From Schizochytrium sp. TIO01 (Eukaryota > Protista > Bigyra: Labyrinthulomycetes), in contig SMSO01000005.1 of NCBI GenBank assembly GCA_004764695.1, forward strand, positions 124,001 through 188,000: DNA of 64,000 bases, read 5' to 3'. A program made the translations under genes and the position numbers. The notes below the pieces were generated by a model. It was not told the origin of the DNA. It was given only the letters and a program-made list of their open reading frames with translations, and made no database searches. Positions 11,096 to 23,117 of this stretch are shown piece after piece (positions within the stretch are counted from its first letter, which is position 1; every line of letters starts with the position of its first letter).

Positions 11096-12832
11096 TCAGT
11101 ACATTTGGTGATGTTGCTGGGGATGGCCATACGGGTTTCCGCTCGCAGCGTTCGCATAGAGGTTAGTGCCTACAGCAGCCTGATGCGCGTAGGAGAGATG
11201 GCCAGGATGCATCATTGGTGGTCTGCCAGGGACGCCCCCAGGGCCAGGCACAAAACCACCCTGAGGAGGCGCTGGCTTCGGAGGCCCGCCGGCCATCTTA
11301 AGCTGGAAGAACTGCGAGGAGCGGTGGCCATCGTGTAACTCCATAAAGGCCTCGTCGATGCACTTGCGCACATCCGCATAAGTTACCATTAGGATTGAGC
11401 GTCCATCTCTGCTGTTAAGGAGGATTTTTTCTGGCGATGCCACGTCAAGTTTCTGCAGACATGTCACAATGTGGCCAATATCGAGCCAAGGTTTCCCTTC
11501 GTCCGTGGTCTGATGAAAAACATAGTCTCGGAAGAGCTTGATAATGTAGCGGTCACCCGTCTCGGCCCAGGAAGCGGACTCTGATTTACCGTACTCAGGG
11601 CGCTCAGTGACAAGGTTAATTTTAATGAGCAAGCGGTTCAGACGGCTAGTCTCAAGCTGTTTGCACAAGTGGTCCTCCAAAGCATCCGCGTGGCTATACA
11701 GTTCGTCCATCTCCGTAAGCAATCCTCGTGAGCAAAGGCCCAGCATATCATACACGGTACACGTCTTGTGAAAGGGGAGCGCCACCATTGTGGTAAACTC
11801 CTTCGAGTACCGTGAGGCCACGAACTCAATGGCATCCTGCCAATTATCCTTGACCTGAGTGGACATGCATGCCAGCACCAGCATAAGTTGTGCCATGGCT
11901 TGCACGTCTTCAAATAGATGTTTCTCCTCTGGGTCCGAGAATGGTCCCTCCACAACATGCATTAGGCCAGCACACGCAATCCGAACGCGGTTGCGACCCG
12001 TGAGCAAGACTGTGTTGGGCGAAAGTCCTCCCCGAAAGCTGACCTTTTGTTCGTGCGCTGCCCGCAGCGCGCACAACAGTTGCACAGCGATAGACCACAG
12101 GATATTCTCTGGAAGAGCATTTGCCATGTTGCGCATGTCTACGTAACCCTGAAGGGTTTGAGCTCCTGGCCAATAATCGTGGACCAGAAACACGGCTCGC
12201 TGATGCACAAATGCTTGTCGCAGCGGCACAATATTGGCGTGCCTCACGCGCTTCCAGAGACCAATTGACATTTCGCAACACTGCTCGAGCGCCTGGACAT
12301 TTCGCATATTGTCAATTCTTCGCAATGCATAAACATGGCCGTCGCGCCGGTTCACGACCTTAAAGACGCTTGTAGGATAACCGCATGACCCGGCAGTTCC
12401 GCGAGTTTTGCCAGGATCGTCAAGAGGATTCACAAGATTGAACCACTTCGGAACCTCTTTGTTTCGCACGTCCGAGAGGGGAAGTCGTTTCATCGTCAGC
12501 TTAAGGCTGTGTGCGAAATACGATCTCAGCTCCGGGCTCATTTGCGTCGATGCAAATGTACGTCTCGGTGGAAGTGGTTCACAAGCCTTGCACTGCAGCC
12601 TTTCTGCTTCGATCATGTACTGGCTGCGTTCACGCTCGAGCTCAAGCTCCTGCTGGTTTTGAAGATTTTGATGTTGGTAATACATTTGCGAATCAGGCTC
12701 TGAATTTGCACCCGTAGACAACGACCGCGGCACAAATGAAGGTGAAGTAGACTGAGGAACGAATGCGGCAGATGTAGAGCGCGGCACAAATGATGCCGCA
12801 GAGGACTTGAGCGTGCCCGGGAGGTCCTCCAT
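11096..12832 (-). CDS. PAN3: PAN2-PAN3 deadenylase complex subunit PAN3 (pseudokinase plus knob domain)
   Basis: Diagnostic segments WAETGDRYIIKLFRDYVFHQ, PWLDIGHIVTCLQKLD, GYPTSVFK, HDYWPGAQTL and RLNRLLIKIN. Confidence 0.95.
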   Translation of the reverse strand: MEDLPGTLKSSAASFVPRSTSAAFVPQSTSPSFVPRSLSTGANSEPDSQMYYQHQNLQNQQELELERERSQYMIEAERLQCKACEPLPPRRTFASTQMSPELRSYFAHSLKLTMKRLPLSDVRNKEVPKWFNLVNPLDDPGKTRGTAGSCGYPTSVFKVVNRRDGHVYALRRIDNMRNVQALEQCCEMSIGLWKRVRHANIVPLRQAFVHQRAVFLVHDYWPGAQTLQGYVDMRNMANALPENILWSIAVQLLCALRAAHEQKVSFRGGLSPNTVLLTGRNRVRIACAGLMHVVEGPFSDPEEKHLFEDVQAMAQLMLVLACMSTQVKDNWQDAIEFVASRYSKEFTTMVALPFHKTCTVYDMLGLCSRGLLTEMDELYSHADALEDHLCKQLETSRLNRLLIKINLVTERPEYGKSESASWAETGDRYIIKLFRDYVFHQTTDEGKPWLDIGHIVTCLQKLDVASPEKILLNSRDGRSILMVTYADVRKCIDEAFMELHDGHRSSQFFQLKMAGGPPKPAPPQGGFVPGPGGVPGRPPMMHPGHLSYAHQAAVGTNLYANAASGNPYGHPQQHHQMY

Positions 12833-14779
12833 CCTGCAATCTTTTGCTTTTATTGGTAAAATATAATTAGTGTCAACGCGCCCAAATCGCTCGGAAAATC
12901 CCTTCTACGAGCGTGCTCACCGCGCTTCTCTCCCACTCGCTTGAGAGGCGCTGGGAGGTTCGTCGGCACACGACCTGGTTGATGGCTAGGCAGTTGCCTG
13001 TGGCAGCGAGTGCCGGCTGGAGGTAGATGGGAGGATGCGGGAAGATGGCAATGATGGAGCCTCGCGATTTTTCCCTTGGGCTCGCGGCGCCGGATGCGCG
13101 GATATCGCGGGAAGAGTGGCCGGGAGGGCGCCCGGGACGCTCCAGACGCCTCGCAGGCGCTCCCTAGCGAGTCTTTACCGCTGCCGAGCCGCGCAGTCGC
13201 AGCACGCGCAGCCTCCGTCCTCTCGCGAAGCGGCTTTGATCGCAGAGCATTCTTCTCTTTCTTCTCTTTCAAAAGTCTTTCTTCATTCTTCATCCCGCCT
13301 CGAATCATGAACTATACAGCCTATAGCCTACTTGCAACACCCGCCCACTATAGCTTATACCAAGGTCTACTATAGAGTATAGACCCAGCACACTGTCAAC
13401 TCATGTACCATATGTATCATGAGGCGTTCTTTTGCTTTCTCTCTTTCCTCCTTTTGATTTGAACTGATTGATTGCATCAAGGATACAGACACGCACAGAA
13501 ACCCACCCCACCTTTACGAACGCATATACAGAGCATTATCCGCTATAACCTACTTGCGGGGCGATATACTTCACTTGTGTGCAGGATACTCCATTTGCGC
13601 GGCGGCAAGAGGGATATGCTGATGATAAGTCTATGGTGAGCTCAGTTTGCTCTACTTTATGGACCACTTATAAGCCATTGTGAGGCCGCTTATAGCCTAC
13701 TTGCGGGTAGCGAGTTTCCATTGCTCTCACAATCGGCGCTACTAGTAGGTGGTGGACAATGGCAGGTCTTGGAGGCCAAAGCGCCGGGACCAACCACCAA
13801 CCTGAGTTGTAATAAGCTATAAAAGAACTGCCGAAGCCGGACCACACCTCCAAATAAGCTCTGAAGAGTCGCTCTTTATCATAAGCGACAAGACCATACC
13901 GTGATAGCCTATGATTGAAGAAGGTTTTTTTCCAAGCCCCTGTTTTGAAGGGGGAAAATCCCACTAGGGCCAGCTAAGACATGTACTAGGGCATCTGGCT
14001 ACTTGGACTGCTAGTAGTACATAGGTAGTAGCAGCAGCGCTACGATTGATAATGAGCGGCGCTTAGCGCATTGCTATTTGGGTCTAGCTAGTGCCTAGGG
14101 GATTGATTGAATTACGTCATGGATGAAAATGACAATGCTTCTTGTGAAATTCGTGTGAACAAACGCTTCAGAAATCGTGGATCAAGTGATCTATTTTTGC
14201 TGGCATTTATCTAGGCGTTGGGGTGCGTGCGTTGCGTTAACTGGTTTAGGTATGCAAGGATAAGTTGTTTTATTATTTGGATTTGGAATAGCTTAGAGTG
14301 GGTGCTAGTACTTGGCCTTGTACTAATTACCAAAGCACAGTCCTTAAGCAATCGTCACGGTTTAGTTCTTTTGGTTCACCCCGCGTTTTTCAACAATAAT
14401 TAAGACCTTTGCTTATTCGGATTGCCTTCAACCTTTTTGCAAGGTAAGATTTTCACGTTGCTCTTTTAAATGTAAAGACTAATAATTTAAAAAATGCCGT
14501 AGGGTTCTCCTATTTCATCTTTTGATATTCATGGAAAGTTTCTCGATAGATCACTCTCAAGAGGTAAACTCAGTACTTTTGCTCACGCGCTAAAATCTGA
14601 GAAAGAGGCCTATTTCAGCATCCCAAGAGGCCTAACGCTATCGTTCTGTGGGCTGACGCAATAAAATAGAACACCTTAAAACCAACGTACGTAGTGCTTA
14701 AAACCTCTATTTAAGGTGGACCTGCTTGTCAAGTTCTCAAAAACAAAAACAAAGCAAAAGAGAGAAAAAAGACTGCTGA

Positions 14780-15939
14780 GCGGGATTAATTAGTATGGGT
14801 CGCGGAAACATCGTCGTGCAAGTCCTCATCCTTCTTCGCTAGCTCGCATCAGACATGATTATCTTCGTTGCTCATGCAAGCATAGTCAGCGCTGATAAGC
14901 ATCGACAAGAGCGAGGGTTTCTGCGAAGGCGGACCTGGTCCACTGAACGCTTTGTTTTCTCTGTTTTGGGAAAATGCTCGGAGAATAAAATACGTACCTA
15001 TCTAAAGACACAAAACTCTTCTTGTGAATAAAAACAAACTAAAACCGTTTCTCTCGCTATCCAAACTTGAGGGCGCCTTCAACACACACGGCGATAAGTT
15101 CTTCAACGAAACATCATCGGCAAAGCTTGTTTCGTTGATCTACGTATCATTCTTGCAAACCAGTTTTCTTTGCTTGCTTGTTTTGTTTTGTTTTGTTTAA
15201 CTATTACTATTTTCTGTACTATCTGTTTTTACATTGTATAGTATCCGTCGTTTCATTCGTCTTCTTCATCAGATGCTCCTTTCTAAAGTCAGCGTTAATG
15301 CCGGATAACTCTCTTAGCATTTCGTTGGCCACGTAGTCCCGATACATATTGACCAACCCAGAACTGTTTTCTGTTTTCTGATAAAGCACCTCCATAAAAC
15401 TTTCTAAAAGCGCACTATCATCACTTTCTTCTCCGCATGCCGTGTCACCTTTATTGCAGTAAAGATGTTCGAGCCCTGCTTCTTACTCAGTGTTCCTGCG
15501 AAACACCAAGAATACCGGGAGGTTTTCGATACCGCAGACCTGTTTTAGACGGAGGCAAATCGCGAAGTCTGTACTTGAAGACTTTTGAACGCTCTGCTCA
15601 TTTATTTACTCCCTTCTGCATAATCATTCGCAGCTTCGCTCACTTTCTCACTCGCGTTTAAACAATCTTACAGTACAGAAACAATCTTACAGTACAGAAA
15701 CAAACCCATTTCGAGATCTCCTCGAAAAGCGTCAGATTGCGACTCTGGAGACAAGTACGGTGCAAGAGCAAAGCCGCAACGCTCGAGCCGCCGAGGGCCA
15801 GAGAAGCTGCAGCAGAAGCGACGTTGGCCTTCTTGAGCACTGGCGGAAAGAACCAGGTAGTGGAGTTCTGTGCATAAAGGCCAAAACGCCGGTTTGGGAA
15901 AAGGAACCGTTTGCACAAGGTAGACCAAATCTTAAACAT
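14780..15939 (-). pseudogene. Possible decayed or unresolved spliced gene
   Basis: Successive protein-like minus-strand segments (MFKIWSTL...EEISKW; EHLYCNKG...SALLESFMEVLYQK...YRDYVANEMLREL; CFVEELIAVCVEGALKFG) are broken by stops. No family recognised. Confidence 0.25.
15660..15703. repeat. 19-bp tandem duplication AAACAATCTTACAGTACAG x2.3
   Basis: Two exact copies at 15660 and 15679. Confidence 0.9.
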
Positions 15940-16013
15940 CAAGCGCAGGTCCTTCGGAGGGCGTTGTGAGCCCGAGTTACGCAAGGATTGCTTGGCACGT
16001 TGCTTTGAAATTG

Positions 16014-17463
16014 ATGCTAGAAAAACGGAGAATGTTGGCCAAGCTTGGCTCAGTTCATGGAGCACTGCGAGCATCGTCGAGGTCGAAGAGGAACCTGCAA
16101 AGGATCCTTCCGGCTTGCCGGGCAGCCTCTGGGTATGCCAAAAGCCCTGCCGATAACTCTGCGGATGATGGCAGAACCGTGGCGCGGGTTTCCCTGAACA
16201 ACGAGGCGCTGGAGGCGTGGGAGCAGAAACTTGAACCTGGGCTCGCCGACATTAACGACCGCGTGGAGTCTGCTCTACAGGAACTGGAATTCATGCGCCC
16301 TGACGTACCTACATGGGGCCAAGCCATCCAGGCTGTGCAGAACATCGCACTGTCTAAGCGCAAGCATCTCTTCCGCCCACAATTGGTGCTTCTCGGCGTC
16401 GCTGTTGGAAGTCGCGAGCAGAGTTGGAACTTTGTGCATGACCTCTCTCCTGGTATCACCGCGTTTGCGGCAGGAGTGGAATTGCAACATCTCTTCATGT
16501 TCGTGCACGACGATATGATGGATAAAGCCATGACACGTCGTGGACATGATACCGTCCAGGTGGCCATTGCTCGCAGCGACCGCGAGTGGGTGGCCACTCA
16601 GCCAGAGCGTCCAACGCCCATGTCACCGGAGACCGTGCAATACTTGACCACGCTTGTTGGAGATGTGCTTCAAGCTAAATCAGCAGCGCTCTTAGCGCAA
16701 GGCGAGCGCATGACCTGTCTTAAGGAGGGTAGTCACACACTGCCCAGTGCCACAGAAGTTGTCTTTGCAGGGGCTTTGCGTGCTGGCGCAGCGCAATTTG
16801 ACGATATTCTTGGCTGGACCGGAGTCGAACGCTCCCTCAAGCAGGGTCACTGTGGCACAGGGGGGCTCCACTTCTTCAACCAAGCCCACCAGTGCATCCA
16901 TCATGACTCGCCTTCTCGCTGACAAGGCCTCATTCCATAGTTTTGCAGCCCCCCTTATTGCCGGGCTTCGCCTTGGAGCTCAAAGACGTGGTGTACGCGT
17001 TGATTCGAGTCTTGAGAGTATTTGCACTGACTGGGCTATCCATGCAGGTGCAGCATTCCAAGGCCTTGATGACGTCATGGATCTCGTCCTGGACCCACAA
17101 GTTTCTGGCAAAGACCGTTTGCAAGATTTTCAGGAAGGAAGGCTTTCACTTCCATTGTATATTCTTCGCCAACGTGCTTCTAAGAAGGAATGGGCAGACA
17201 TCATGCGAATCTTCAGTTCCGAGGCTGTAATGACTCCTTCAGAGCGCCATGCACTCCTTAAGCTTGCCTCCAGGTATGAACTTACCCAAGGCGCCCTGGA
17301 CTTTGTAGATCAAGAGATTGCTCAAGCCAAGGATGCACTTCGCTTCTCGGAAAACAATTTTGCTCAAGAAAACGGAATGGATATTCTTCATGAAGGCCTT
17401 GATGTCTTCCTTCAAGGTCTTATCAGCCTCTCCACGTCTTTACGTGATAACAAGTCCCTTTAA
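16014..17463 (+). CDS. Trans-polyprenyl diphosphate synthase (type I GGPP/FPP synthase-like) with probable mitochondrial presequence; frameshifted near 16860
   Basis: ORF 15966-16922 has FRPQL and the FARM FVHDDMMDKAMTRRG. ORF 16747-17463 has the SARM AFQGLDDVMD and DFQEGRLSLP. Removing one G from the G6 run at 16860-16865 joins them. First ATG at 16014. Confidence 0.85.
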
Positions 17464-18646
17464 ATGAATTCCAACGCAACATTCAAAAGCATAAATTATC
17501 CATCTTATTTACTCTAAAAATGGTGTTGTTGGTCTGACGCTGTTTTTATAGCAAGGCTTGGTATTCTTGTTTATCCATGGCAATGTGTGCACTTCACAAA
17601 TTTATCTTACCTACTAAAGCTGGGTAGATCAATGGTCTCAAGTATCCCAACTTTTCTTTGTCTTTATGTTTCTTTTATCAATATTTTTTAATTAAAAATT
17701 AAGAAATAAATTAACTTAAACTGTGTATAACAAAAAATACTGAATGTCCATTCCATGACCTTGCATGAGAGCATTCAATCGAAGCAGCCCTATCACAACA
17801 GCCCTAACTTTGAGAGAGTGGGTAGGGACAGAGGGTTACAGAATTTGGTTTGTCAAACTACAGACTAACTAATCTTCGTTTTCAAGACAATACCATAATT
17901 TGTCGAAAAACTTTTAAGCGACTCGTTCTTTTAAGGTGATTTCCCGTTTGTGATTTTATTAAGGCCCAGGTTGGGGAGTAGAAGTAGGTATCACGACGTA
18001 TGTAAAAGGAAATGATAAGCTCTCAAGAGTATCACTCTAATATCGGCTGACTGACAACTAGCTAAAGTGCTTCAGTTATTGATATTACAACAAAAATAAA
18101 GGTCTATAACTCTTCTAGAGATCCGTTAGACCTCTAAATTGATATCGATAACCCACCATACCAAAGGTATCGCTCATTTGCAGCATCCTTACTAAACGTT
18201 CCAATCTGACCCGTTAGAGAAATTTGCAACACCACCGGTCATATTTACCTCTCTTTCTCCTCATTTAAACTAAGTTTAGAGAGACACAGTTTGGCGTTTC
18301 GAAATCACAAAATACGAGTTTTGGGCACTTTATGTTGAAAGTGTGTGCAGTGACACAAGTTGAAAAGAGCTTTTATATGAGGCGGATGTCCCTCCCTCAA
18401 CGCAACTCGAGTTCGTTAGTATAGAGTTACCGTGCGACCAAGTCCAGCAAAATTGCAAGGTCAAGGTCACAGTGGGGTGACCGAAGGCCTCCAGCTCGCG
18501 CACACGCGAGTGGAGTTCAAGCCCCAAGGTGGTACGAGGTGCTTGCGAAGATTACGTTCTTGCTACAGAGTAGCATCAAAGTGTATTCAATAACGAGATA
18601 GCCAAAAGATCGTGGATTACGATAGTAAATATCAGGGTCCGGCATC

Positions 18647-21220
18647 ATGGGTTGCATCAACTCGAAAGTCAACGATGTTGGTGAGAAATCCAAGCCTGCG
18701 ATGGTACCAAACAAAGAGCGCAAATGCCGTGATGTATTTTGGTTGCTTCTGTTCATTGCTTACTGGGTGGGCATGGTGATCGTTGCAATCTCTGCTGTGC
18801 AGTATGGTGATGCTGCACGTCTTCTTTATGCCGTCGATGCACATGGTAATCAGTGTGGAGGCGTGGATAGCGTGTGCGTGAACAATGATACATGTGGAAA
18901 ATACATTGTTTACCCTCGTATCGACAAAGATCTTTTAGCCGCTATGGAAAGCGGGGTTGATATCACGGATCCAACAGAGGTTCTTACAGTTCCGTTCACA
19001 GGTTACTGTGTATCATCCTGCCCTGATGGTCTCACAGATGTAAACGAAGACGGCTACATCCACGACTGGGTTTGTGATTATGACGCCATGGACCTTCTTC
19101 TTCAAACCTATGACGCAGCCGATGGTGCGCCAGATGATATTCCGTCTGGAGAAGGCCGAGAAGTTCTGCAGGGTTGCTTTGAGCTTAAAGGCAGCTATCC
19201 TTTTGCAGAACTTACACTGACTGACTCAGAGGATAATGTTGCTGGTTACAATGATGTTGCTTGTAAGACATACATGTCTAGCTGCTATAAAATGTATGTG
19301 CAACAAAGTGACCTCTTCTTTCGATGCATCCCGCAAACTGAAACAAACTCTACATGCCTTGAATCTCCTTATCTGACTTACTATAATGAATCTGTGACGA
19401 CCATGGTAAATTCCGACGGCGAAACTGTTGCGCGCCCCTCGACAAATGAGTTTTGTGGCAAGTGCATTGACCCTGAGTTTCAATCCGATGGTACACCAAC
19501 CGACCCTTCGAGTGAGTTATGCAAAGCGAAGCGAACCAGTGCTCAGACCTACGAACTCGAGGAATCTTCCAACCCTGTCTTTGATCAGATCAACTCCTGG
19601 ACATCTTTGTTCACCAGATGGCTCGGAGATGTCACCCTCTGCAAAATTCCGATTGTCGTGTCTGGAGGCGCAATTGCAATCGTTCTTGGATGTATCTGGC
19701 TCGTTCTTTTACGATTCTTTGCCGGAACGTTCGTATGGCTTTCTATTTGGGGGCTTCTTGCGTGCTTCGCTTTTCTTACTATACAATTCCTTATTCAAGG
19801 TAATGTCATCAGCGTTACTGCTGTATCTGACATTCTCGCATCTATCACGGGTTCTACAGATAGTGAAGAGACTGCAGCAACGGTTGTATCGTCTCTCCAA
19901 GTATTTGCAGATCAAGATGCTAGCCAAGAGAAACTTTATCGCATTCTTGGCTACGTCATGCTTGGTATTACTGTCGTCTTTCTCTTACTGATTCTCACTA
20001 TGGTGCGCAAGATCCGCCTTGCAATTGGCGTACTTAAAGAAGCCACCAAGGTGGTTGCCGCCATGCCCACCATCATGCTTTTCCCCATCCTCTCTGTCTC
20101 TGCTTCATTAGCTGTCTCTGCCTATGCATTATATATCTCAATGCTCATCTACTCTTCAGGTGAAATTACGATTACCGAGGTTGCTGGCTTCAATCTTACA
20201 ACATCTTCCTCGCGTCGTCTAGACTCTGTTTCAGATGCCTTCTCGAGCATCGCTAACACGACTGTTGCTGAATTCACAAGCAGCAATACAAACACCTGGC
20301 TTTTCGTGTATAACTTTTTTGGCTATCTTTGGACAAGCCAACTAATCATCGCCATTAGTGCTACAACTGTTGCTGGCGCTGTGAGCTCCTGGTATTGGGC
20401 ATCTGAGTTTGAAAAAGAAAAGAAAAAGAAGATGCCTAAAAGACCTGTCCTTGCTGCTCTTCGCCGCACATTCCGGTTCCATTTGGGATCTCTGGCGTTC
20501 GGTGCATTTATCATTGCTGTTGTACAGTTAATTCGCGCTGCCTTGGCGTACATTGACAAACAAACGCAGACACTGCAGAAAAAAAACAAAATGATTAAGT
20601 ACATTATGATGGCTGTTCAGTGCTGCTTGTGGTGTTTCGAAAAGATTCTCAAGTTCATCACAAAGAATGCTTACATCATCATAGCTCTGAAAGGGTCGAG
20701 CTTTTGCACAGCTACTCGCGATGGTTTCGTCATTCTCATTACTAATTTTGCAAAAATTGGTGTTGCTACATCAATTAACAACTTGATGTTACTCATTGCA
20801 AAGCTTGTCATTACTGCCGGGTCGGGCACTGCGTGTTATGTCTATGTTTCCATGGTGCTAACGGGTGAAGACGCACCGTCTTCAGCAATTGTGCCAACAG
20901 TTGTGACAGGAATTCTTGCCTGGTTTGTGGCGTCTTCGTTCATGTCAGTTTACGCCCTCGCTGTGGACACCATCATGATTTGCTTCTGTGAGGACGAAAA
21001 GCGGAACGATGGTAGCCCGAACAGACCATACTACATGTCAAACTCATTGCTAAAGATTACTCGCAAGAGTAACAAGATCTATGATAAAGAACAGGCCGTG
21101 CGAAGGCATGCTGGCGATGGTGATGATGGCGATGATGATAACGGTGACGGCAATGTGGCAAAACAACCTAGCGAGCCGACTCTCCAACCAAAGTCCCCCA
21201 GCAAAGCTCCCATGCTTTAA
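18647..21220 (+). CDS. Choline transporter-like protein (CTL/SLC44 family)
   Basis: RKCRDVFWLLLF, RLLYAVDAHGNQCG, FHLGSLAFGAFII, CCLWCFEKILKFITKNAY, VDTIMICFCED and RPYYMS. N-terminal MGC acylation motif. Confidence 0.95.
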   Translation: MGCINSKVNDVGEKSKPAMVPNKERKCRDVFWLLLFIAYWVGMVIVAISAVQYGDAARLLYAVDAHGNQCGGVDSVCVNNDTCGKYIVYPRIDKDLLAAMESGVDITDPTEVLTVPFTGYCVSSCPDGLTDVNEDGYIHDWVCDYDAMDLLLQTYDAADGAPDDIPSGEGREVLQGCFELKGSYPFAELTLTDSEDNVAGYNDVACKTYMSSCYKMYVQQSDLFFRCIPQTETNSTCLESPYLTYYNESVTTMVNSDGETVARPSTNEFCGKCIDPEFQSDGTPTDPSSELCKAKRTSAQTYELEESSNPVFDQINSWTSLFTRWLGDVTLCKIPIVVSGGAIAIVLGCIWLVLLRFFAGTFVWLSIWGLLACFAFLTIQFLIQGNVISVTAVSDILASITGSTDSEETAATVVSSLQVFADQDASQEKLYRILGYVMLGITVVFLLLILTMVRKIRLAIGVLKEATKVVAAMPTIMLFPILSVSASLAVSAYALYISMLIYSSGEITITEVAGFNLTTSSSRRLDSVSDAFSSIANTTVAEFTSSNTNTWLFVYNFFGYLWTSQLIIAISATTVAGAVSSWYWASEFEKEKKKKMPKRPVLAALRRTFRFHLGSLAFGAFIIAVVQLIRAALAYIDKQTQTLQKKNKMIKYIMMAVQCCLWCFEKILKFITKNAYIIIALKGSSFCTATRDGFVILITNFAKIGVATSINNLMLLIAKLVITAGSGTACYVYVSMVLTGEDAPSSAIVPTVVTGILAWFVASSFMSVYALAVDTIMICFCEDEKRNDGSPNRPYYMSNSLLKITRKSNKIYDKEQAVRRHAGDGDDGDDDNGDGNVAKQPSEPTLQPKSPSKAPML

Positions 21221-22135
21221 ATTTCTTGAGATGTTTGTACCTAAACACTTTCTCCTAAATATTGTACGCCTCTAATCCAATTCAATATCAGCCTCATCAA
21301 AAGACATCGTCTCGAAAAGCTATCTGCATTTGTATCAATTAGATTGAAGTGTGGCTTTAAGTAGTGACCTGCAACATCGTGGCAAGTCGTGTTAATTCCA
21401 AAATAGAAAAAAGTACGCATTGCACCTAGCTGAAGTGTTCAGATTATATGAAATTACTTTGCACCTGGTGCTGTACTTTATTCAGGTTTTTGATTTTCCC
21501 ATATGCATCAATAGAGCTTAAACGTTATTCATAAAATATAAAATAAATCGCCGTTGCCGTCCCTGATGAAGGTCTTCAACCTTTTTGTTTCGACATCCTG
21601 TGAAGTCTTTAACCTACAAATAATCATCAGTATAGTAGGCAATGACGCGGTAGTTTATTTCCTGGAAGTTTAACAACAGACAGACAAACTTGAAGATGAT
21701 TGTACCATTTGGATGCGTCTAACAACAAGTATAGCGAGGAAAATCTGACACACGAAGGCTCAGGTCAAATCAAATCATAGCCGAAAGACCTCAGTTTAGT
21801 CAAACCTTTAATCATTCAGCTATGATATCCTAGTAGGTACTTGCTGACTTCATATACGCAGTGTATCACCTTCTTTCCTCTGTCTTAGTAGATTATTAAT
21901 CAAATAGTAATGGTCTCTAGTGACTGGGTGGTAGCACAATCGTAACGGCCACAAGCGTGTGCACTGGCGAGTCCTGAAACAGAATGCTGCACGCACAGCG
22001 AGTGTGGAGAGGTTCTAGCAGAAGCCTTTCGAGACGAAGTTCACTTTCTCGCTAGGTTGACACGGCACGCTTCGACTACGCTTCTTCGGAGCAGGTTTGT
22101 GACTGCCGTAGCGGAGTGAGAGAAGTGAAACTACT

Positions 22136-22732
22136 ATGGAGAGTAAATTGAGTAGCCCGAAAGCTGCGGTGCCGAGGCGTGGAAGCTCGAAGACACTAGA
22201 GACGCTAGGAAACTTGTCTAACAGGAGCGTTGGGGAGGAGATGCGACGCAGTCTTCAGCTAAACATTGAAGAGTGCGGGCACAGAGGGGAAGTCAAAGCA
22301 CGCCATGTCGCATCGCCAGAAGATAGCTCTCGTGGAGATTTGCCAACAGAACAGGAAACTCAAGTTGTCTTTGAGTTTCCTGATGGCAGTATTACTGAAG
22401 GAACTTTTAAAATGGGTCAGACTGTGGAAGTCTTGAAGGCATTTCTTTCGTCTGAGTTTGATTTTGAGATGCAAAATATTGTAAGTTATTCGTATATAGA
22501 CAACCATCTGATTGCTCGGCAAAGAGGTTTACTAATGACAGTCTTGAATTGTCTTGCCTTATTGTTTCTTTTATGAATATTATCACAGGAGCTTCGCTAC
22601 GATGGACAAGTTATGCTTGATCCTCTTTCTTTAAGCGACTTCGAGCATGAAAGCCGCAGAGGCTTGTACGTCCAAGTTGACCTTGGTGACGATGATGCCT
22701 GGCTTTCTGAGTGCAAAAGCTCGAAGAAATAA
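22136..22732 (+). CDS. Small protein with C-terminal ubiquitin-like domain (exons 22136-22480 and 22589-22732)
   Basis: Phase-0 intron GTAAGT...TATCACAG. The spliced product VVFEFPDGS...FKMGQTVEVLKAFL...NI|ELRYDGQVMLDPLSLSDF fits a beta-grasp pattern. Confidence 0.8.
22481..22588 (+). other. Spliceosomal intron (108 nt)
   Basis: GTAAGT donor, CTAAT branch-like motif, T-rich tract and CAG acceptor. Removal restores the frame. Confidence 0.85.
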
Positions 22733-23117
22733 TCCATGACAATTTGTAACCATGCCTGCTCTCAAGGCACTTCAACTTTTATGCATTTTCCTCGCAACTA
22801 TCTGGAACATAGGCCCTGATATCAGCGCGCAGTTTATGAGCGCTCTATTTTCTTTTCTTTTTTAACCTTATAAGGACAAACTGAATTTTCATGAACCTGA
22901 ATTAGAGAACCATTACATATTCCATCCTTCATTAAACTTCCACGTTTCAGTGATGAATCAAGAATTTCAAATTTTGCGCGAATACAAATGATCCTCGATA
23001 CACCATGTGTAAAGAAGAATAGAGCTTATTAACGCGATAGTTATCATTATCTTTTTTAAATCTTAATTTAGAACATTATCGTATACCAGAAGAACAAGAT
23101 CCTTTGGACCAGGACAT

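Noticed and set aside
12850-13375. GC-rich ORFs upstream of PAN3
   Set aside because: R/P/A-rich translations typical of a GC-rich 5' UTR or promoter.
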